Below, one piece after another: positions 58,272-64,000 of a stretch of DNA of 64,000 bases (positions are counted from its first letter, which is position 1; every line of letters starts with the position of its first letter). Source of the stretch: an uncultured Actinomycetes bacterium (GTDB lineage: Bacteria; Actinomycetota; Thermoleophilia; UBA2241); contig CAVYCN010000019.1 in assembly GCA_963767005.1 (NCBI GenBank), positions 32,001-96,000 of the forward strand, given 5' to 3'. The translations under genes were made by a program, and so were the position numbers. The notes under the pieces were generated by a model that was given only the letters and a program-made list of their open reading frames with translations, was not told the DNA's origin and did no database searches.

Positions 58272-60491
58272 ATGTCGCCTGCCCGCCGCACCCTGCTCGC
58301 CAGCCTCGCCACCCTCGTCGCTTTGTTCGCCGGCGCCCTGGCCCTGCCCGCCGCCGCCGCCGCGCTGACATCGACCGGCGACGGCTCCTGGGTGTGGCAG
58401 AACCCGCAGCCCATGGGCACCATCATGAACGGCGTCAGCTTCGTGTCGGCCAGCCAGGGCTGGGCCGTCGGCGACGGCGGCGCCGTGCTCATGACCATGA
58501 ACGGCGGCGCGACCTGGACGGCCGAGCACTCCGGCTCGTCGGCGTATCTGACGGGCGTCGACTTCACCGACGCGCTGCACGGCTGGGCGGTCGGCGAGAT
58601 CGGCTACGAGGGTGTGGTGCTGGCGACCACGAACGGCGGCCTGTCCTGGCGCCTGCAGGACACGGTCGCCAACGACGAGCTCACCGGGGTGCGGTTCGCC
58701 GACGCGCGGCACGGCTGGATGGTCGGCCTGAACGGCACCACCTTCGCCACGACCGACGGCGGCGCGCACTGGACGAGGCACTCGGGCGCCGCCACCGACA
58801 GCCTGTACGGCATCGCCTGTGCCGGCACCCTGCGGGCCTGGGCCACCGGCGACGGCGGCGAGATCGAGGCCACGACCGACGGCGGCAAGCACTGGCGGCT
58901 GCAGGGCGTCGGCATCACGGACGAGGACCTGAACGCGGTCACCTTCGCCAGCGCTGCCGACGGTTGGGCGGTCGGCGATTCCGGCACGATCGTCGCCACG
59001 ACCGACGGCGGCAAGCACTGGCGGCTGCAGGGCGTCGGCATCACGTCGGAGTACCTGAGGGCCGTCGCCTTCCGTGACGCCGCGCACGGCTACGCCGTCG
59101 GCAACAGCGGCACCGTCCTGCGCACGGCAAACGGCGGCAAGAAGTGGACCGCGAGCTCGCCGACGACGGTCGATCTGTGCGCGGTCGCCGCGCCGGCGAC
59201 CGGCAGGGCCTGCGCCGTGGGGCGCGACGCGGTCTCGCTGCTCAGTACGAACGGCGGCAGCACCTGGACGCAGCACGGCGCCCAGGGGCCGACCGGAGAG
59301 CTCGACGCCGTGTCCTTCCCCGACGCCCTGAACGGCTGGGCGGCCGGCGACGGTGACGAGACCGTGCTGCACACCAGCGACGGCGGCGCCACGTGGGCGT
59401 CGCAGGACGCCGGCGCGGGAGCCGCGCTTCTGGCCGTGCATTTCGCCGACTCTCAGCACGGCTGGGCGGCCGGGTTCTCGGGCCAAATCTACGGCACCAC
59501 CGACGGCGGGCAGACCTGGCAGCAGCAGGGCGCCGGGGTGACGACGCAGAACCTCGAGGCCGTCGCGACGACCGACGCCCAGCACGCCTGGGCGAGCGGC
59601 GAGGCCGGCACCATCGTCGCCACGACCGACGGCGGTCAGACCTGGCAGCAGCAGAGCGTCGATCTCCCGACAGGCTACGGGACCGACACGGTCTACAGCC
59701 TGGCCTTCGCCAGCGACGACGTCGGCTGGGCCGCCTGTTTTAACCCGATGTCGGGCTCGCGGAACGGCGTGATCCTCGGCACCACCAACGGCGGCGGGAC
59801 CTGGACGGTCCAGTACTCGAACGACAACGACGAGCTGTACGCCGCAGCCTGTGCAGGCACGTCCGACGCCTGGGTCGCGTCGAGCACGAACAGCACTGTG
59901 TACCGCACGACCGACGGCGGCACGACGTGGACCCCGGTGGGGCTCGGCGCGCTCGCCAGCGGCGTGCTCAGCGTCGCCTTCGCCCCCGACGCTCTCCACG
60001 GCTGGGCGACCACGTGGATGCCGACCGACGGCATTATCGCGACGACCGACGGCGGCGCCACCTGGACGGGGCAGGACGTCGGCACGGGCCAGTCCCTGTA
60101 CGGCCTGGCCTGTACCGATGCGACCCACGCCTGGGCCGTCGGCGAAGAGGGCGGCATCCTCGCCACGGCCACCGGCGGCGTGCGCGACACGACGCGCCCC
60201 CGCACGACTGCGCTCAAGGCCGTCACGGTAGTGCACAACCACCGCTGCAGCCTGCGCTACAAGGTCACCGACGCGGGCGGCGGCACGGCCCTCGTCGTCA
60301 TCCTCATCAAGACCACGCACGGCAAGCTCGTGCGCTCGCTCACGCTCGGCTCGCGAGCCGAGAACACACCGCTGTCGGTCTCGCTCAAGGCGACGATGGC
60401 CAAGGGCAGCTACCGCTGGTACGTCGTGGCGACCGACGCCGCCGGCAACACGCAGGCGAGCGTCGGCAGCGCGAAGCTGACCGTCAAGTAG
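58272..60491 (+). CDS. Secreted YCF48/BNR beta-propeller protein with basic C-terminal Ig-like domain
   Basis: Signal peptide, W.WQNPQP, many T(T/N/D)GG.TW repeats and terminal DTTRPRT...YVVATDAAGNTQ...LTVK. Confidence 0.85.
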   Translation: MSPARRTLLASLATLVALFAGALALPAAAAALTSTGDGSWVWQNPQPMGTIMNGVSFVSASQGWAVGDGGAVLMTMNGGATWTAEHSGSSAYLTGVDFTDALHGWAVGEIGYEGVVLATTNGGLSWRLQDTVANDELTGVRFADARHGWMVGLNGTTFATTDGGAHWTRHSGAATDSLYGIACAGTLRAWATGDGGEIEATTDGGKHWRLQGVGITDEDLNAVTFASAADGWAVGDSGTIVATTDGGKHWRLQGVGITSEYLRAVAFRDAAHGYAVGNSGTVLRTANGGKKWTASSPTTVDLCAVAAPATGRACAVGRDAVSLLSTNGGSTWTQHGAQGPTGELDAVSFPDALNGWAAGDGDETVLHTSDGGATWASQDAGAGAALLAVHFADSQHGWAAGFSGQIYGTTDGGQTWQQQGAGVTTQNLEAVATTDAQHAWASGEAGTIVATTDGGQTWQQQSVDLPTGYGTDTVYSLAFASDDVGWAACFNPMSGSRNGVILGTTNGGGTWTVQYSNDNDELYAAACAGTSDAWVASSTNSTVYRTTDGGTTWTPVGLGALASGVLSVAFAPDALHGWATTWMPTDGIIATTDGGATWTGQDVGTGQSLYGLACTDATHAWAVGEEGGILATATGGVRDTTRPRTTALKAVTVVHNHRCSLRYKVTDAGGGTALVVILIKTTHGKLVRSLTLGSRAENTPLSVSLKATMAKGSYRWYVVATDAAGNTQASVGSAKLTVK
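58869..59045 (+). repeat. Exact 51-bp intragenic repeat (126-bp, 42-aa period)
   Basis: GCCACGACCGACGGCGGCAAGCACTGGCGGCTGCAGGGCGTCGGCATCACG at 58869 and 58995. Confidence 0.85.
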
Positions 60492-62292
60492 AGGGTGAGA
60501 AAGGCCCGAGAGCGGCGGCCGGCGCAGCCGGCCGCCGCTCTCGCGGCACCGTGGCGATCGGCATCCGCCAGCCCACACCGAAGGCACGGTCGGTGACCTT
60601 CAGGCCCGGCGCCGCCTGCTTGCGCTTGAACTCGTTGGCGGCCACCAGGCGCACGACGCGCTCGACGGTCGCCCGCTCATAGCCGCGGACGACGATCTCG
60701 TCGGCCCCCAGGTGCTCCTCGATCAGCAGCGCGAGGATACCGTCGAGCACGTCGTAGGGCGGCAGGCTGTCCTGGTCGGTCTGGTCGGGTCGCAGCTCGG
60801 CCGACGGCGCCTTGTCGATGATCGCCCGGGGGATCACCTCGTGCCCCTCGCGCTCGTTCACAAAGCGCGCCACGGCGTAGACCATGGTCTTGGGCACGTC
60901 GGAGATCACGGCGAGACCGCCGGACATGTCGCCGTAGATCGTGCAGTAGCCCACCGCGAGCTCCGACTTGTTGCCGGTCGTGAGCAGCAGCGAGTCGAAC
61001 TTGTTGGAGAGCGCCATGAGCAGGTTGCCGCGGATGCGCGCCTGGACGTTCTCTTCGGTCACGCCGGGCGGGAGCCCGGCGAACACCGGCGCCAGGGCCG
61101 CGTCGAAGGCGGCCATGAGGTCGGCGATCGGCAGGGTCACCGTGCGCAGGCCGAGGTTGGCGGACAGGGCGCGGGCGTCGGTCACGCTGCCTTCGCTCGA
61201 GAACGGCGACGGCATGAGCACGGTCAGCACGTTGCCGGCGCCGAGCGCCTCGGCCGCCACGGTCGCAACCAGAGCCGAGTCGATGCCGCCCGAGAGGCCG
61301 AGCAGGGCGCGCCGAAAACCGCTCTTGGCGACGTAGTCGCGTACGCCGAGCACGAGTGCCTGCCACACCTCGGCGGCCGGCGTGAAGTCGTCGGGGGCAA
61401 GCGCGGCCGGCGGCGCGAGCGGCACAGCGCGTGCCGTGGCGGGCCCGTCGCGCCGGCCGGCGCTGGCGTCGCCGGCCGCGGCCGGCGACGCTGCGGCGGC
61501 CGCGTCGCCGGCAGGGCCGGCCGCGAGCTCGTCGAGCTCGACGACGAGCACGTCGGGGGCGAAGGCGGCGGCGCGAGCGACGAGCGCGCCTTCGGCGGTA
61601 AAGGCGCAGCTGCGCCCGTCGAAGACGAGCTCGTCGGCCGCGCCCACCTGGTTCACGTAGATCACCGGCACGCGGTACTTGCGGGCGAGCGCGCCGAGCA
61701 TGGCCTCGCGGTGACGCTGCTTGCCCATGGTGAAGGGCGAGGCCGAGAGGTTGAGCACGCACGAAGCGCCGGCGCCGATCAGCTCGCCGACGGGGTCTGA
61801 GTGGTAGCGCCGCCGCTGCCAGAAGTCGCGGTCGTTCCAGACGTCCTCACAGACCGACACCCCCAGGCGGCGGCCGTCCCAGGCGAGCACCTGCGCACCC
61901 CGGGCCGGCTCGAAGTAGCGGTCCTCGTCGAAGACGTCGTAGGTGGGCAGCAGCGTCTTGCGGTAGACCTCGCGCACCTCGCCGCCGGCGAGCAGCGCGG
62001 CCGCGTTGAAGAGCGGCCGCCCGGCGCCCTCGTTGGTCTCGGCGAGACCGACGAGCAGGGGCGGCCCCGCGGCGAGCTCGCGCGCGAGCTCGCCGCACAC
62101 CCGCCAGGAGCGCTCCACGAACGAGCGCCGCAGCAGCAGGTCGCGCGGCGGGTAGCCCAGCAGCACGAGCTCCGAGGCAACGGCAAGATCGGCGCCGGCG
62201 CGGCCCGCGGCCGCGGCGGCCGCGGCGATCAGCGCGGCGTTGCCCTCGAGGTCGCCGACCGTCGGGTCGAGCTGCAGAAGGGCGATCTTCAC
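60484..62292 (-). CDS. nadE: Glutamine-dependent NAD+ synthetase
   Basis: Nitrilase domain (EL.L.GYPPRD, K.LLPTYDVFDE.RYF, CEDVW), then SGGIDSA, ENVQARIRG, TGNKSE and APSAELRPDQ.D.DSLPPY. GTG at 62292 overlaps the upstream TGA. Confidence 0.95.
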   Translation of the reverse strand: MKIALLQLDPTVGDLEGNAALIAAAAAAAGRAGADLAVASELVLLGYPPRDLLLRRSFVERSWRVCGELARELAAGPPLLVGLAETNEGAGRPLFNAAALLAGGEVREVYRKTLLPTYDVFDEDRYFEPARGAQVLAWDGRRLGVSVCEDVWNDRDFWQRRRYHSDPVGELIGAGASCVLNLSASPFTMGKQRHREAMLGALARKYRVPVIYVNQVGAADELVFDGRSCAFTAEGALVARAAAFAPDVLVVELDELAAGPAGDAAAAASPAAAGDASAGRRDGPATARAVPLAPPAALAPDDFTPAAEVWQALVLGVRDYVAKSGFRRALLGLSGGIDSALVATVAAEALGAGNVLTVLMPSPFSSEGSVTDARALSANLGLRTVTLPIADLMAAFDAALAPVFAGLPPGVTEENVQARIRGNLLMALSNKFDSLLLTTGNKSELAVGYCTIYGDMSGGLAVISDVPKTMVYAVARFVNEREGHEVIPRAIIDKAPSAELRPDQTDQDSLPPYDVLDGILALLIEEHLGADEIVVRGYERATVERVVRLVAANEFKRKQAAPGLKVTDRAFGVGWRMPIATVPRERRPAAPAAALGPFSPST

Positions 62293-64000
62293 GCGTCGCC
62301 CGCGATGCCGGGCGCGGCCTGGGGCAGCGCCGGCTCGGAGAGCGTCGGGATGCGGCCGGCGAAGATGTTGCCGGTACGGCCGTCGATCGACAGCCAGTCG
62401 CCGGCGTGCAGCTCGGCGCCGGCCAGTCGGGCGACGCCGCTGCGCTCGATCACCTCGAGGTCGCGGCAGTCGACGACCGCCGTCTTGCCGAGCCGCTTGG
62501 CGGTCACCGCGGCGTGGGAGGTGGCGCCGCCGCGGGCCGTCAGGATGGCGTTCACCCGCGTGATCATGGCGATGTCCTCGGGCACGGTGTCGGGCCGCAG
62601 CAGCACGATGTTCTCGCCGGGCGCCTCGCTCAGGAGCTGCTCGATCTGCTGAGCGTTCACCGCGACGCGTCCCGAGTAGGCGCCGCCCGACACGCCCATG
62701 CCGACCGCGACCGGCGGTCCGAACTCGGGCGACGACGTGTCGAAGTAGGCGGCCTCGCGCGACTGCCGGCGGCCCTGCACCACGGCGCGCTTCTGCAGCA
62801 CGTACAGGTCGGCCGCGTCGGGCCCCTCGAAGGTGAACTCGAGCTCCTGCGGGTCGTACTCTTGCTCGCCGACGAGCTCGCGGGCGACCTTGAGCAGCTC
62901 GCCATAGACGGCGGGGTAGTCGCGCTCGAGCGAGTGGTCGGTGCCGCGATAGGTGGGGCTGCCCAGGCGCTGCGCCTCGGAGATCGGCAGCGGGAACACG
63001 AGCCCGCCGACCAGGTCCTCGCCCTGGCTCTGCATGGCGAAGTCGCCGAACAGGCGCACCTGGCGGCTGTAGGGGTCGAGCGGGTTGTGGGTGAAGGTCA
63101 CGCCCGAGCCCGACTCGCGGCTCAGGTTGCCGAACACCATGCGCTGCACGACGACTGCCGTCCCCCACTCCTCGGCCACGCCGACGTACTGGCGGTAGAG
63201 GCGGGCGTGCGGCGAGTCCCACGACTCGAGCACCTTGAACACGCACGACACGAGCTGCGCGAACGGGTCCTCGACGAACACCACCCCGCCCTGGCGGGCG
63301 CGGTCCTTGTAGGTGAAGGCGATCTCACGCATCTGCGCGACCGTGAAGTCGAGCTTCTGCTCGACGCCGTAGCGCTCCTTGAACTCGCTCATGATCGCGT
63401 CGAAGAAGTCGCGGTCGATGCCCGACGACATCGCCCACGACTGCAGGAAGCGCCGGTAGCAGTCCCAGGCGGCCCAGCTCAGGCGCGGCTCGGCCGACAT
63501 CGACTCGGCGAGCTCGTCGTTCAGGCCGACATTGACGAAGGTCGTCATGAGGCCCGGCATCGAGACGGCGGCGCCCGAGCGGATCGACAGCAGCAGGGGG
63601 CGCGCGGGGTCGCCGAGGCGCCGGCCGGTGACCTTCTCGAGCTGGGTGAGAGCGCCGGCGATGCGCTCGATCGTGTCGTCGTAGAGCGGCCGGTACGACA
63701 GCGCCGGCATGGCGCTGAACAGCTCGGTGGAAAGCACGAAGCCCTCGGGCACGTTGTGGCCGTACGAGGCCATCTGCTTGAGCCCCAGGCCCTTGAAGCC
63801 CAGCGTGTGCTGGTCGTCGGTGTCGGGATCGGGCCGGTGCAGCAGCGACACGAGCCGCTCCGGGTCGTAGTTCATCATGCGCGTGAGGGCCTGGCTGCCG
63901 AGGCGGCCGTTGAGCAGCGAGATGCGCCGCAGAGCGGCGCCGGCGAAGCCGTCGAGCGCCTGCATGCCGAGCGCCGAGACGAGCACCTCGCGCAGCACGA
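62289..64000 (-). CDS. PPDK-like protein (ATP-grasp + phospho-His swivel domain, no C-terminal pyruvate domain); 5' end lies outside the window
   Basis: LGFKG.GL, VPEGF, PLLLSIRSGAAVSMPGLM.T..NVGLN, QRMVFGN...SGSGV.FT, QGED.V.G and ARGGATSHAAV; the protein ends shortly after SIDG.TG.I. Confidence 0.8.
   Translation of the reverse strand, partial: VLREVLVSALGMQALDGFAGAALRRISLLNGRLGSQALTRMMNYDPERLVSLLHRPDPDTDDQHTLGFKGLGLKQMASYGHNVPEGFVLSTELFSAMPALSYRPLYDDTIERIAGALTQLEKVTGRRLGDPARPLLLSIRSGAAVSMPGLMTTFVNVGLNDELAESMSAEPRLSWAAWDCYRRFLQSWAMSSGIDRDFFDAIMSEFKERYGVEQKLDFTVAQMREIAFTYKDRARQGGVVFVEDPFAQLVSCVFKVLESWDSPHARLYRQYVGVAEEWGTAVVVQRMVFGNLSRESGSGVTFTHNPLDPYSRQVRLFGDFAMQSQGEDLVGGLVFPLPISEAQRLGSPTYRGTDHSLERDYPAVYGELLKVARELVGEQEYDPQELEFTFEGPDAADLYVLQKRAVVQGRRQSREAAYFDTSSPEFGPPVAVGMGVSGGAYSGRVAVNAQQIEQLLSEAPGENIVLLRPDTVPEDIAMITRVNAILTARGGATSHAAVTAKRLGKTAVVDCRDLEVIERSGVARLAGAELHAGDWLSIDGRTGNIFAGRIPTLSEPALPQAAPGIAGDA

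Noticed and set aside
60484-63246. 920-aa ORF as an N-terminally extended NadE
   Set aside because: The extension overlaps the PPDK-like gene in another frame; NadE homology begins at the GTG at 62292.

Overview
A very GC-rich, gene-dense bacterial chromosomal segment with about 50 genes, mostly on the minus strand. Gene content suggests Actinomycetota, probably class Thermoleophilia (inference). I found no rRNA, tRNA, CRISPR array, prophage or transposase. Content includes three secreted YCF48/BNR beta-propeller proteins and a G1 glutamic peptidase, all four ending in the same basic Ig-like C-terminal domain (a candidate lineage-specific surface-sorting domain). Envelope and stress genes include HtrA, an L,D-transpeptidase, an LCP protein, cls, Ku, an RsbW-like kinase, an ECF sigma/anti-sigma pair and an RpoD-like sigma. 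Two c-di-GMP enzymes are present, one with an unusual BldC-like HTH-GAF-HD-GYP-GGDEF architecture, and both sit behind sigma-28-like promoters. Other loci are a DesKR-type two-component/ABC locus, pntAAB, dtxR-feoB, hutH, isolated copies of sepF/yajC/ftsH/rpsR, and a PPDK-like protein lacking its pyruvate domain coupled to nadE. Non-coding highlights are a dispersed covarying hairpin repeat that supplies stop codons, a perfect 50-bp palindrome and several operator-like motifs. Frameshifts in ftsH and the sensor kinase may be sequencing artefacts. All calls come from reading motifs by eye; no database searches were run.
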